From Planctomycetota bacterium (GTDB taxonomy: Bacteria; Planctomycetota; J058): a stretch of DNA of 64,000 bases. The DNA is taken from positions 43,999 through 107,998 of the forward strand of contig JBFWYD010000031.1 of NCBI GenBank assembly GCA_050186825.1, given 5' to 3'. The position numbers were made by a program, and so were the translations under genes. The notes beneath the pieces were generated by a model. That model was not told the DNA's origin. It was given only the letters and a program-made list of their open reading frames with translations, and ran no database searches. Each line of letters starts with the position of its first letter. Position 1 is the stretch's first letter. Of the stretch, positions 18,513 through 30,778 are shown piece after piece.

Positions 18513-19516
18513 GGCGGGCCCTGGCCGCGGCGCTGGCCCTGGCCTGCCTGAGCGGCTGCGGCAGCCTCTCGGAGGCGACCGTCGACAACACCCAGCTCGC
18601 CGGCGAGGTCCCGACCGGCCTGGGCCGCTACCTCGAGGTGCGCGTGGACGCGCCCGGCGAGGCGCTGCAGCGCGAGCTGCGCGAGGCGGTCCGGCGCGAG
18701 TTCGTGCGCGGTGGCCTGTTCGAGCGCGTGCGCGACCTCGAGCCCGGCGCCGCGCGCTCGCCGCAGGTCAGCGAGCTGCGCGTGGCGGTCGAGGCGCGCC
18801 ATCACGAGCAGCTCTTCGACCTCTTCGAGTGGACCGACGCCTACGTGGAGCGCTACGAGCTGACGATCGAGCTCCGCGACGAGCGCGACAAGCAGGTGCT
18901 GCGCGGGCACATCACGGGGCTCGGCGTGGACGCGGTCTCTGAACCCGTGTTCGTGGACGATGCCAAGCGCGAGGACGTGCGCCTCTCGGCCCTGCACGAC
19001 GCGGCGATGAAGATGTCGCGCGCCCTGCGCCAGGCCGCCAACGCGCGGGCGGCCAAGGCCTACGAGAGCCTGCCCCAGGTCGAGCTGGCCCGCCCGGTCG
19101 GCCTGGCCCTGCTCGGCTGCGACGACGACCAGAGCCTGCGCCAGCTCCAGTCGCCCGTGCTGCTCCACCACCTGCGGCGCGCCTTCCCCAGGCTCGGCAA
19201 GAGCTACCTGCTCGTCGCCCAGACCGACCTCGACGCGGCCCTCGAGGAGCCGGTCGCCTCCTTCCTCGACCTCCCCGCCCACCGCCTCCAGCCGATCGCG
19301 GCGCGCCTCCCGCAGGCCTCGCTGTTCCTGGTCGGCAAGGTCGAGGCGCAGGCGGGGGAGGTGCGCTGCACCGCGCGCGTCCTGGATCGCAAGGGCGCGG
19401 TGGTCGTGACCCACGAGGCCAGCGCGTCCGGCCTGGGCGCCCTCCCCGTGCTCGCGGCCAAGCTCGCCCGCGGGATCGCCCAGAAGCTCCAGGCCCTGGA
19501 GCGGCAGGGCTCCTAG
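18509..19516 (+). CDS. Lipoprotein of unknown function (lipobox LSGC)
   Basis: VRRALAAALALACLSGCGSLSEA is a lipoprotein signal. GTG 18509 overlaps the FHA stop TGA at 18510-18512. It is in frame with ORF 18365-19516. Confidence 0.7.
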   Translation: MRRALAAALALACLSGCGSLSEATVDNTQLAGEVPTGLGRYLEVRVDAPGEALQRELREAVRREFVRGGLFERVRDLEPGAARSPQVSELRVAVEARHHEQLFDLFEWTDAYVERYELTIELRDERDKQVLRGHITGLGVDAVSEPVFVDDAKREDVRLSALHDAAMKMSRALRQAANARAAKAYESLPQVELARPVGLALLGCDDDQSLRQLQSPVLLHHLRRAFPRLGKSYLLVAQTDLDAALEEPVASFLDLPAHRLQPIAARLPQASLFLVGKVEAQAGEVRCTARVLDRKGAVVVTHEASASGLGALPVLAAKLARGIAQKLQALERQGS

Positions 19517-19819
19517 TTCCCGGGGTCCCGCAGACCGCCAGGCCGCTCCTCATGGAGCCAGGTGATCCTGTGGGCCTGACGCGGTGCGCCGTAAGGGCCC
19601 GCAGCCCCTGATCTTCTGGCTTCCGTCCGCCTCTGGACGACGAGGTCGGGTTCAGGCTCACCGAGAAACTGGGGTTCGTGCCAGAAGCGGTTCAAGGGTC
19701 CATCTTCGGACGCCGTTCAGCCTCCATACACCAAAGGAGTTGATCTTTTCTTTCAGCGATCTGGCGCCGGGCACGTGCGTCGCTCAGGAGGTCCGCGGGA
19801 GCTCCAGGAGAAGGTCGCC

Positions 19820-20812
19820 ATGCACCGGACCGCTATCACGTTCTTTCGACGAGGGGTCGCCGCGTTGGCGCTGGTCAGCGCCCTGGCGATTCCCTCCCTC
19901 GCGCAGGACTACGTGGTCAAGAGCGGCGACACGCTGAGCGCCATCGCCGCGCGCTTCAACACGACCGTGGACACGATCCGCCAGTTGAACGGGCTGAGCG
20001 GGAGCCTGATCCACGTGGGCCAGGTGCTCCACCTCCCGGGCAGCGCGCCGGCCCCAGCCGCCACCGTCGAGCACGTGGTGGTCGGCGGCGACACGCTCAG
20101 CGCGATCGCGGCCCGCTACGGGACGACGGTGGCCGCGATCCGCCAGGCCAACAACCTGCTGACGAACACGATCGTGGTCGGCCAGCGGCTGACCATCCCC
20201 ACGGGCTCGAGCGCGCCCAGCTCGCCCGCCTCGAGCTTCTCGCACGGGTCGTCGACTTCGACCGCCCCGACCGCCCCGAGCACCTCGCCGGGCGCCACCG
20301 TCACCCCGAGCTCGAACCCGGCCGACCGGATCATGCCGGCGATCAGCGCCAACTCGACCGAGCTCGAGGTCCTGGCGCGGATCGTCAAGGGCGAGTGCCC
20401 GGAGCCGGTCCCCTTCGTGGGCAAGGTGGCGGTCGCCGCGGTCGTGCTCAACCGCGTGCGCAGCTCGCGCTTCCCGGACTCGATCACGAGCGTGGCGCAC
20501 CAGCCGCTCCAGTTCAGCTGCTACAACGCGAACGTGCGCAAGCGCCTCTACTGGGGCCAGGTCCCGAGCTGGGCCTACGACGCGGCGCGCGCCGCGCTGG
20601 CGGGCCAGGACCCGACCGGCGGCTCGACCCACTACTTCAACCCCTACATCGTGATGCCCAGCTGGCGGAAGCAGATGGTCTTCGTGCGCCGGATCGAGAA
20701 CACGGGCAGCAACGGGCTCAAGCGGCTGACCGCGCACGTCTTCTACCGCCCCAAGGGCGCGCTCGTGGGCGGCCCCGGCATCAGCGGTCTGCTCGGCTCG
20801 ACCCACAACTAG
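19820..20812 (+). CDS. Cell-wall hydrolase with two LysM domains and a C-terminal SleB-like (Hydrolase_2) domain
   Basis: Signal peptide MHRTAITFFRRGVAALALVSALAIPSLAQ. LysM motifs YVVKSGDTLSAIAARFNTTVDTIRQLNGL and HVVVGGDTLSAIAARYGTTVAAIRQANNL. Hydrolase_2 motifs VLARIVKGECPEP...VAAVVLNRVRSSRFPDSI...STHYFNP. RBS AGGAGAAGG. Confidence 0.85.
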   Translation: MHRTAITFFRRGVAALALVSALAIPSLAQDYVVKSGDTLSAIAARFNTTVDTIRQLNGLSGSLIHVGQVLHLPGSAPAPAATVEHVVVGGDTLSAIAARYGTTVAAIRQANNLLTNTIVVGQRLTIPTGSSAPSSPASSFSHGSSTSTAPTAPSTSPGATVTPSSNPADRIMPAISANSTELEVLARIVKGECPEPVPFVGKVAVAAVVLNRVRSSRFPDSITSVAHQPLQFSCYNANVRKRLYWGQVPSWAYDAARAALAGQDPTGGSTHYFNPYIVMPSWRKQMVFVRRIENTGSNGLKRLTAHVFYRPKGALVGGPGISGLLGSTHN

Positions 20813-20816
20813 GCCG

Positions 20817-21380
20817 GTGTCCGGTCCCCCGCCGCGCAGCTTCGTCGGCGTGGACGACGGCCCCTTCGACCCCGACTGGCGCGGCGACGTCCCGCTGGTC
20901 GGGGTCGTCTACGTGGGCCCGCGCCTCGACGGCGTGGTCACGGGGGCGGCCCGCCGCGACGGGCGCAACGCCACCGAGCGGATCGCGCGCCTGATCGAGG
21001 ACAGCCGCTTCGACCCCAAGATCGTGCTCCTCGGCGGGATCGCCGTGGCGGGCTTCAACGTGGTGGACATCCACGCGCTGAGCACGCGCCTCGGGGCGCC
21101 GGTGCTGGTCGTCGCGCGCAAGCGGCCCAACCTGGCGCGCATCCGCGAGGTGCTGCACGAGGTCGTCCCGGGCGGGGCGCGCAAGTGGCGGCTGATCGAG
21201 CGGGCCGGCCCGATGGAGCCGCTCGAGGGGGTGTGGGTTCAGCGCGCGGGCATGAGCCCGGGCGAGGCGGCGCGCGCGCTGCGCGCGACGACCCTCCACG
21301 GGCGCCTGCCCGAGCCGCTGCGCGTGGCGCACCTCCTGGCGGGCGCGCTGGTCCGCGGCCACAGCCGGGGCGGCGCGTGA
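20817..21380 (+). CDS. DUF99 (UPF0215) family protein
   Basis: FVGVDDGPF...PLVGVVYVGPRLDGVV...LLGGIAVAGFNVVD matches the DUF99 pattern. GTG start lies 5 nt after the upstream stop. Confidence 0.6.
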   Translation: MSGPPPRSFVGVDDGPFDPDWRGDVPLVGVVYVGPRLDGVVTGAARRDGRNATERIARLIEDSRFDPKIVLLGGIAVAGFNVVDIHALSTRLGAPVLVVARKRPNLARIREVLHEVVPGGARKWRLIERAGPMEPLEGVWVQRAGMSPGEAARALRATTLHGRLPEPLRVAHLLAGALVRGHSRGGA

Positions 21381-21440
21381 GCGCGGCGCGTGGACGGCGG
21401 CTCGGCGGTCCGCTAGGCTCCGCCGCTGGGAGAGGGCGGC

Positions 21441-22178
21441 ATGGCCGAGGGCGCGCGACCGATTCCGCAGGGTTATCTGGAGCAGTCCCGCGACCCGCTC
21501 AACTCGCTGGTGCTCTGCCTGCCGATCCTGCTCGTCTACGAGCTGGGGCTGTTCGTCAGCCGCGGCGACACGCTGAACGGCGTCGACTTCATCACGGTGT
21601 TCCTGCTCCGCCACTGGGGCACCGAGGGGCTGCTCGCCTTCAACGCCGGGCTGCTGCTGACCTGCCTGATCGCGGTCGCCGCGCTCAGGCGCGGGCAGCG
21701 GCTCCACCCCCAGATCGTGTTCCCGATCCTGCTCGAGAGCGCGGCCTACGCCCTGCTCATGGGCTCGGTGATCGTGCTCGTGATGCAGCGGGTGCTGCAC
21801 CTCGCCGCCGCGCCGCCCCCGCCGCCCAGCCTCTCGCACCGGGTGTTCATCTCGCTCGGCGCGGGCTTCCACGAGGAGCTGGTGTTCCGGGTGGGGATCT
21901 TCGGGGGCGTGCTCTGGTCGCTGCGGCGCCTGCTCCCGGGGGGCAACAAGGCCGCGGCCTTCGTGGTCGCCCTGGTCGTCAGCTCGACCCTGTTCTCGCT
22001 CGCGCACTACGCCGGCGCGGAGCAGTTCCAGCTCCGCTCCTTCGTGTTCCGGCTCCTGGCCGGGGCCCTGCTCTGCGGGCTGTTCGCGACGCGGGGCTTC
22101 GCGGTCGCGGTCTACACGCACACCCTCTACGACATCTGGGTCCTGATCCTGCCCGACCTGATGCGGCGCGGCGGCTGA
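21441..22178 (+). CDS. CPBP (CAAX) family intramembrane metalloprotease
   Basis: Multi-TM protein with GFHEELVFRVGIFG (EExxxR motif), FSLAHY, and a C-terminal H. Confidence 0.8.
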   Translation: MAEGARPIPQGYLEQSRDPLNSLVLCLPILLVYELGLFVSRGDTLNGVDFITVFLLRHWGTEGLLAFNAGLLLTCLIAVAALRRGQRLHPQIVFPILLESAAYALLMGSVIVLVMQRVLHLAAAPPPPPSLSHRVFISLGAGFHEELVFRVGIFGGVLWSLRRLLPGGNKAAAFVVALVVSSTLFSLAHYAGAEQFQLRSFVFRLLAGALLCGLFATRGFAVAVYTHTLYDIWVLILPDLMRRGG

Positions 22179-22240
22179 GGAGGGCGCCCGGGCGGGGTGG
22201 CGGTTAACCTGCTGCCTCTCTCGCTCAGGGGAATGGCCCG

Positions 22241-23554
22241 GTGATCCCACGCCTGCACGTGCTCCTCGACGACCCCGAGGTCCTCGCGACCGAGCTCTCG
22301 GCCGTGGCGCGCGCGGTGTCGCGGGTCACGGAGGAGCCCTTCCCGGACGCGCTGCAGAAGGTCCGCTACGGGCGCGGGATCGTGGCGCGCGGCCTGCTGC
22401 CCAAGCCCGCGCGCGAGCTGACGCGCGCCCTGGCGCGCCACGGCTTCGGCGCCTTCCTGGTCTCGGACGAGGAGTTCGTCGCCGCCCCGCGCGCGCGCCG
22501 GGTGGGCGGGGTGGAGCTCCGCGAGGGCGGGCTGTCCTTCAGCCTGCGCGGCCGCGAGGGCGCGCCGCCGATCCGGGTCGACTGGGAGGAGGTGTGGGCG
22601 ATCCACCCCTGCGCCCTGCTGCTCGAGGCCGGCAGCGAGGAGCGCGAGGCGCTCCCGCGCCGGGGCGATCCCCTGGGCGGCCTGGCCCCCGAGGCGCTCA
22701 AGCTGCTCAAGTCGCTCCGCCGCCAGCGCGAGAAGGAGCGCACCCCCGTGCGCCTGGCGATCGAGGTCCTGAGCGCCGGCCCGACGATCTACCGCCTGTC
22801 CTCGGGCGACACCGGGATCTACGCCAACCTCGAGCGCAAGCACGACCACTCGCTCGAGAACTTCCTCGAGCTGCTCCAGACCCTGCTCGCCGCCGCTCCG
22901 GAGCGCGTGCTCGTTCCCCCGAGCACGCGCCGCTTCCTGGCCCAGCACGAGGTCGAGCACGTGCTCTTCGCCAAGCGCGAGGCGCTGGAGAGCTTCACGG
23001 CCTGGATGATCCAGGCCCGCCTCCGCGGTCACACCTTCGAGGAGGGCGCGGAGGAGCTCGAGGACGACGAGCTCCAGGACGGCGACGAGGCGATCGTGAT
23101 GGGCGAGGCCTCGGGCGAGGACCCCGAGGCCGAGGACCTCGAGGACGAGGACCTCGGCTCGGACGACGAGCTCGAGGACGAGGACGAGGACGACGAGCTG
23201 GAGGACGAGGACGACGAGCTCGAGGACGAGGACGAGGACGAAGCCGAAGCTCCCCAGGAGGCTGGCGTCCCGATCGGCGCGCCCGTCGAGGGCGAGGCCC
23301 GCGCCGCCGAGGAGGAGCCCGCACCCGACGACGACCACGAGGTCCGCGCCGCCCTCGAGCACTTCGAGACCACCTCGCGCCTCGACCAGGCCGCGATCGA
23401 GGCCATGCTCACCCAGTCGCGCGACCTCGACGAGGACCTCGAGGAGGAGGAGCTGCCGGTCGACGACGGCGAGGTCCAGCAGGCCCTCGACTTCTTCGAC
23501 GGCCCCTCCGGCCCCTGGGACGTGAGCAAGCTGCTCGACAGCGAGGAGCGCTGA
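22241..23554 (+). CDS. Hypothetical protein with a long poly-acidic (D/E-rich) C-terminal tail
   Basis: 437 aa, GTG start. The N-terminal 270 aa has diverse composition. It is followed by EDDELQDGDE...DEDEDDELEDEDDELEDEDEDE. Antisense ORF 22127-23362 is rejected. Confidence 0.6.
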   Translation: MIPRLHVLLDDPEVLATELSAVARAVSRVTEEPFPDALQKVRYGRGIVARGLLPKPARELTRALARHGFGAFLVSDEEFVAAPRARRVGGVELREGGLSFSLRGREGAPPIRVDWEEVWAIHPCALLLEAGSEEREALPRRGDPLGGLAPEALKLLKSLRRQREKERTPVRLAIEVLSAGPTIYRLSSGDTGIYANLERKHDHSLENFLELLQTLLAAAPERVLVPPSTRRFLAQHEVEHVLFAKREALESFTAWMIQARLRGHTFEEGAEELEDDELQDGDEAIVMGEASGEDPEAEDLEDEDLGSDDELEDEDEDDELEDEDDELEDEDEDEAEAPQEAGVPIGAPVEGEARAAEEEPAPDDDHEVRAALEHFETTSRLDQAAIEAMLTQSRDLDEDLEEEELPVDDGEVQQALDFFDGPSGPWDVSKLLDSEER

Positions 23555-23603
23555 CCCCCCGCGCGCTTGCCGCCCCCGCCGCCCTGGGCCAAGATCCCCG
23601 CGC

Positions 23604-23677
23604 GGGCGCGTAGCTCAGTCGGCTAGAGCACTTCCCTTACAAGGAAGGGGTCGGGGGTTCGAGTCCCTCTGCGCCCA
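23604..23677 (+). tRNA. tRNA-Val (anticodon UAC)
   Basis: GGGCGCGTAGCTCAGTCGGCTAGAGCACTTCCCTTACAAGGAAGGGGTCGGGGGTTCGAGTCCCTCTGCGCCCA folds as a cloverleaf. It has a TAGCTCAGT...AGAGC D-arm, anticodon loop CTTACAA, a GGTTCGAGTCC T-arm, and acceptor stem GGGCGCG/UGCGCCC. Confidence 0.9.
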
Positions 23678-23856
23678 TGGGATCAAGGCCTCGTCGTCGC
23701 CGCAGGCGACGGCGCTGACCCGCAGGCGGAACGCATCGGCAGGAGAGCGTCCGGGCCGCACGCCATCCCTGCGCCGCCCCTGAGCTTGCGAGGCCCGCCC
23801 CAACCCACCCTGCGGACCGCGGCTTGCCCCTCCGACCGGCGAGGAAGGAGGTCCGC

Positions 23857-24783
23857 ATGTCGCTGCTTCGCAAGCTCCTGAGCCAGTCCGTCGAGGTCCG
23901 CGCCCTCGACTCGCACCTCCCGGCCGATCGGCTGCTCCTCACCCGCCCCGAGCTCGAGCGCTGCCGCGCCGAGGCGACCCGCCTGGGCTTCCGCCGCCTC
24001 GGGCCGATCCTCGAGACCCTGCGTCCGCTCGGGCTCGCGCTCTTGCGCCTCCCGGGCGAGGTGTGGGTCCACGAGTCGGGGACCTTCCTCTCGCTCGCGA
24101 CCTACAGCTACTCCTTCAGCGCCCGGCTGACGGACGGCCGCTACCTCCTCACCTGGGGGCACGAGGGGGAGCCCTACCGGACCCACACGGCCCGGGTCGA
24201 GTACTCGGACGGTGACCTGGAGCAGACCCTGCGCGCGCACCAGGAGACCCTGGGTCGGAGCGGGGGGGCGGTCGAGGTCGGTCGCGACCTCGACGCGCGT
24301 GTGGCCTCGGTCCGCCGCTTCTACGAGCGCGACTGCCCCGTGGGTCGCCTGGTCGGCTGCCTGGTCGCGCCCCTCTTCCTGCACGTCGCGCTGTGCGCCG
24401 TCCTGTCGGCCGCCATGCTCTGGCTCCCGCTGATGGTGACCCCGCCCGAGTCGCGGGCCGTGCTCGCGGCGCTGGGCGGGCTCATGACCCTGGCCCTCGT
24501 CCTGCTCCTGCGGGTGCCGCAGGGGAGGGCCGTGGCCTGGCGCCCGCGGCCGGAGGGCCTGGGCTCGTGGCGCCGGGAGGCGCGCGTCCAGGCCGCGACG
24601 CCACGGCCCGCGCTGGCGCGCTGCCCCTTTTGCCACGGCGGAGTGGAGGCGCGCGACACCTCGGTGTGCGGGCGGTGCCTGGCGCGTCATCACGACGAGT
24701 GCTGGGACGCCCACACCCGCTGCGCGAGCTGCGGGGACGAAGCGCGCCTCGGCCCCGTCGCGCGGAGGAGCGTGGCGGCTTGA
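23857..24783 (+). CDS. Hypothetical membrane protein with C-terminal Cys/His zinc-finger-like motif
   Basis: ATG 23857 is preceded by GGAAGGAGG. Two TM helices (LVGCLVAPLFLHVALCAVLSAAMLWLPLMV; LAALGGLMTLALVLLL). The C-terminus CPFCHGG...CGRCLARHHDECWDAHTRCASCG is zinc-finger-like. Confidence 0.6.
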   Translation: MSLLRKLLSQSVEVRALDSHLPADRLLLTRPELERCRAEATRLGFRRLGPILETLRPLGLALLRLPGEVWVHESGTFLSLATYSYSFSARLTDGRYLLTWGHEGEPYRTHTARVEYSDGDLEQTLRAHQETLGRSGGAVEVGRDLDARVASVRRFYERDCPVGRLVGCLVAPLFLHVALCAVLSAAMLWLPLMVTPPESRAVLAALGGLMTLALVLLLRVPQGRAVAWRPRPEGLGSWRREARVQAATPRPALARCPFCHGGVEARDTSVCGRCLARHHDECWDAHTRCASCGDEARLGPVARRSVAA

Positions 24784-25428
24784 GCGAAGAGCTCGCGGCT
24801 GAGGGTCCCTGCGGACCCTGAGCCGTCGCGGTCGGTGACCCCGACGGCCTTGTCCGCCAGGAACAAGAGGAGCGGAGCCCCGGGACCGTACCCCAGGCCG
24901 CGGCCAGCACGAACAGGCCGTAGAGGAGCGGCGCGAGGACGCCGAAGGGACGCCCGGCGGCGCTCGCCACGGCGCCCGTCAGCAGGCTCCCGAGCCCCAG
25001 GCCCTGGACCAGCGAACGCCAGCGGGTCCTCGACACGCGATAGGCCAGCGCGCCTGCGTGCAGCGTGGCAGCCCCACCCAGCGTCAGCGCTCGCTCGGGG
25101 AGCGGGAGCTTCGGCGCGAGCGCGAGGTGGCTGCGGATCGCCTCGCCCGCCGCGGCCAGGCCCGCGGCCGGCCCGAGCCCCCCGAGCAAGGCCGAGGCGT
25201 AGGCGAGCTGAGCGTGCGCGCAGAGCCTGCAATGCGTCGGGCCGGTGATCGCGCGCGCGCGCGGCTACCTGGGCGGGAAGCGCCTCTACCAGGTGTTCCT
25301 GCTCGCCGGTCAGCGCGAGTGGAACGAGAAGGACGCGGGCCGGCACCGCGACTCCTTCGAGCTGCTCGACTGAGCAGGGGCCCGGCCCCGAGCGGCGACG
25401 CGCGGGCGCGCGCCGGTAGACTCCGGCG

Positions 25429-28302
<2,874 letters not shown>

Positions 28303-28304
28303 GC

Positions 28305-28919
28305 GTGTCGCGCCTGTTCGCGGCCCTCTACGACCTGTGCCTCGGCCGCGCCGAGGCCGCGGGCCTCGCGGCCTGGCGCGCCGACCTGCTCGCGCAGCTC
28401 GAGGGCCGCGTGCTCGAGCTCGGCGCCGGGACCGGGCTGAACCTCGCCCACTACCCGGCGGAGCTGGAGCTCGTGCTGAGCGAGCCCGACCCGCACATGC
28501 GCGCGCGCCTGGAGGGACGGCTGGAGTCGGCCGCGCAGGCGGCGGAGCTCTCGCCCGCCGGCGCCGAGGCGCTGCCCTTCCCCGACCAGAGCTTCGACGC
28601 GGTGGTGGGCACGCTCGTGCTCTGCACGATCCCCGACCCCCAGGCGGCCCTGCGCGAGGTCGCCCGTGTGCTGCGCCCTGGCGGACTCTTCCTGTTCGTC
28701 GAGCACACCGCCAGCGAGGACCCGACCACGCTCCGCTGGCAGCGCCGCCTGGAGCCGCTCTGGCGGCGCGTGGCCGGCGGCTGCCACCTCACGCGCGACC
28801 CGCGCCCGCTCCTGGTCGAGGCCGGGCTCGAGCTCGCCGAGCTGCGCGCCGAGCCGCTCCCGCGCGCCCCGCGCCTGCTGCGCCCGGCCCTGCGCGGCTG
28901 GGCGCGCAAGGCCCTGTAG
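28305..28919 (+). CDS. Class I SAM-dependent methyltransferase (Methyltransf_11/25-like)
   Basis: SAM-binding motif VLELGAGTGLN...AVVGTLVLCTI...LRPGGLFLFVEH. GTG start sits 2 nt after the kinase stop and GGAGG lies 5 nt upstream. In frame with ORF 27387-28919, whose 5' part is an artefact. Confidence 0.8.
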   Translation: MSRLFAALYDLCLGRAEAAGLAAWRADLLAQLEGRVLELGAGTGLNLAHYPAELELVLSEPDPHMRARLEGRLESAAQAAELSPAGAEALPFPDQSFDAVVGTLVLCTIPDPQAALREVARVLRPGGLFLFVEHTASEDPTTLRWQRRLEPLWRRVAGGCHLTRDPRPLLVEAGLELAELRAEPLPRAPRLLRPALRGWARKAL

Positions 28920-28923
28920 AGCA

Positions 28924-29742
28924 TCAGGGCTCCGCGCTCAGGAGCGCGCGGGTCAGCCCGCTCGCGGCGGCCTGGATCGCGCCCAGGAGCGGCGCGCCGG
29001 ACCCGAGGTCGCTGCCCCGGCCGTTCAGGCTCGTGCAGACGTGCAGCCGATCGCCCTCGAGCGCGCCTGGCTCGAGCAGCTCCGCCTCGGGGGGGAGCTC
29101 GAGCTTCGCGCGGACCACGCGCAGGAGCTCGCGCCGGTCCTCCTCGTCCCCAGGGACCGCCAGCCAGGCGTGGAGCCGCGTCTCGCCGGCGCCCCGCTCG
29201 GAGGAGCTCACCTTGAGCTCGAACGCGCGCTTCCCCGGGTAGGTCGCGCGCAGGTCCAGGACCTTGACGTGCTCCCGGTCGGGCGCGCCCACGTCCAGCT
29301 CCACGCGCAGCCCCGTGCTCCCCGAGGGCAGCGCCTCCAGCGCCGCGAGCGCAATGGCCAGGCGCGCTCCCTCCAGGCGGGGGACGTCTCCCCAGGCCGC
29401 CGCGTGCTCACGCTCGGCGCGCGCGTTGCGACGGAAGCCCCACCATCCCACCACCCCGCACGCGGCGGCCAGCCCGAAGCAGGTCCAGCGGAAGGTCGGT
29501 CGGCCCGTCAGGTAGGCCGGATGGGTCCCCAGGGAGAAGCAGCCGAACAGCGCGAGCACGAACCCGACCGAGGCCCCTCCCGCCCCGAGCAGGAGGCCCC
29601 AGGGCCAGCCCCCGGACGCCCGCGACCTTGCCTCTCCCAGCGCGAGCAGTGCGCGCACCTGCGCGGTCACCTCGTCGGCGGCGCCGCGGGCGCGGAACAC
29701 GCCGCCCTCGACCTTCTCGAGCAGCTCCGCGCGGGCGCTCAC
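28924..29742 (-). CDS. Two-TM membrane protein, paralogue B of the adjacent gene (unknown family)
   Basis: Paralogous to gene 29739-30653, with the same layout: ~50 aa cytoplasmic, two TM helices (GLLLGAGGASVGFVLALFGCF / WTCFGLAAACGVVGWWGF), a ~170-aa C-terminal domain ending LTRALLS. GTG start at 29740-29742 overlaps the upstream stop (GTGA). The long 5' extension of ORF 28924-30864 is low-complexity and is rejected. Confidence 0.6.
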   Translation of the reverse strand: MSARAELLEKVEGGVFRARGAADEVTAQVRALLALGEARSRASGGWPWGLLLGAGGASVGFVLALFGCFSLGTHPAYLTGRPTFRWTCFGLAAACGVVGWWGFRRNARAEREHAAAWGDVPRLEGARLAIALAALEALPSGSTGLRVELDVGAPDREHVKVLDLRATYPGKRAFELKVSSSERGAGETRLHAWLAVPGDEEDRRELLRVVRAKLELPPEAELLEPGALEGDRLHVCTSLNGRGSDLGSGAPLLGAIQAAASGLTRALLSAEP

Positions 29743-30653
29743 GACCGGCTGAGGAGCCCGCGCGTCAGGCCGCGCGCGAGCGCGAGCGCCGCGGCCAGGG
29801 GCTCCTCCCCGAAGCCCTGGTCCCAGCCGCCCGCGAGGCTCACCTCGAGCACGACCGCCTCCCCCTCGAGCTCGCTCACGGCCAGCTCCGCCGCTGCGGG
29901 AAGGTCCAGCGCCCCGCGCGCCGCGCTCAGCAGCTCGTGGCGCAGGTCCTCGGGGCCCGGCTGGCGCAGCTGGGCCCGGAGCCGGGTCTCGGCCACGATC
30001 TCCTTGCACTTCAGCTCGCCGTCGGGCCGCCGACCCCAGCGGACGCGCTCCTCCCGGTCCACGCGGAGCTCGTAGCGGCGCTCGTCCGCCAAGGAGGCGG
30101 ACAGCTCGAGCGCGCGGACGCTCGTGCGGTCGACCCACTCGCCGCCCTCGACGTCGCTGCGCTCGCGCTCCAGCCTGTCGGCTGCTCCCAGGTCGACCGC
30201 CACCTGCAGCGCGGCGCCCCCCGGCAGCGCCTCGACCACCTCCCGCGCCAGCTGCGCGCGGCGCGGCAGGAAGCCTGGCACCTCCCCCCAGGCCTCCTCG
30301 AAGGCGCGGTCCAGGCGCTGGCCGCGCTTGAAGCCCCCCACGCCCACGCCCAGGAGGACGACCGCCAGGCCCCAAGTCGTCCCCCACCAGATGGGGCGCG
30401 AGACCGGGAAGGAGGCGTGGGTCTGGAACATCAGCCACCCGAAGAAGGCGAGCGCCACGCCGCCCACGAGGCCGCCGACTCCGAGCAAGGTCGCGGGGTC
30501 TTCGAAGCGCGCTCGGGCGGCCCGCTCGCGCCCCTCGGCCAGGGCATGCAAGTCGCCGACCAGCGCGGCCACCACCTCGGCCGGCCCCTCGGCGCGGAAG
30601 CTCCAGTCGTCGGTCCGCTCCAACACCCGCCGTCGTTCGTCGCTGGTCAGCAC
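29739..30653 (-). CDS. Two-TM membrane protein, paralogue A (unknown family)
   Basis: 304 aa, GTG start, diverse composition. TM helices GVGGLVGGVALAFFGWLMF and WWGTTWGLAVVLLGVGVGGF. The C-terminal domain ends LTRGLLSRS. Divergent from the MVP gene. Confidence 0.65.
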   Translation of the reverse strand: MLTSDERRRVLERTDDWSFRAEGPAEVVAALVGDLHALAEGRERAARARFEDPATLLGVGGLVGGVALAFFGWLMFQTHASFPVSRPIWWGTTWGLAVVLLGVGVGGFKRGQRLDRAFEEAWGEVPGFLPRRAQLAREVVEALPGGAALQVAVDLGAADRLERERSDVEGGEWVDRTSVRALELSASLADERRYELRVDREERVRWGRRPDGELKCKEIVAETRLRAQLRQPGPEDLRHELLSAARGALDLPAAAELAVSELEGEAVVLEVSLAGGWDQGFGEEPLAAALALARGLTRGLLSRS

Positions 30654-30778
30654 CTGGGCAGTCTAGGCAGAGCGCTCCTCTGGAAGGCCCCGCGCCGCGC
30701 GCCTTTCTCGCCCCCGCGGACCGGCCCCAGCGCCGCCCGGGCGCCAAGTAGGATCCGCGCCGACCAGAGGAGGGACCC

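Noticed and set aside
20781-22250. 489-aa minus ORF spanning the DUF99 and CPBP genes
   Set aside because: Antisense and Arg/Glu/Gly-rich. The + strand genes have clear family signatures.
28666-30075. 469-aa + ORF, and the 646-aa version of ORF 28924-30864
   Set aside because: Low-complexity Arg/Pro/Gly sequence. Only the 3' 273 codons of 28924-30864, from the GTG at 29742, are paralogous to the neighbouring real gene.
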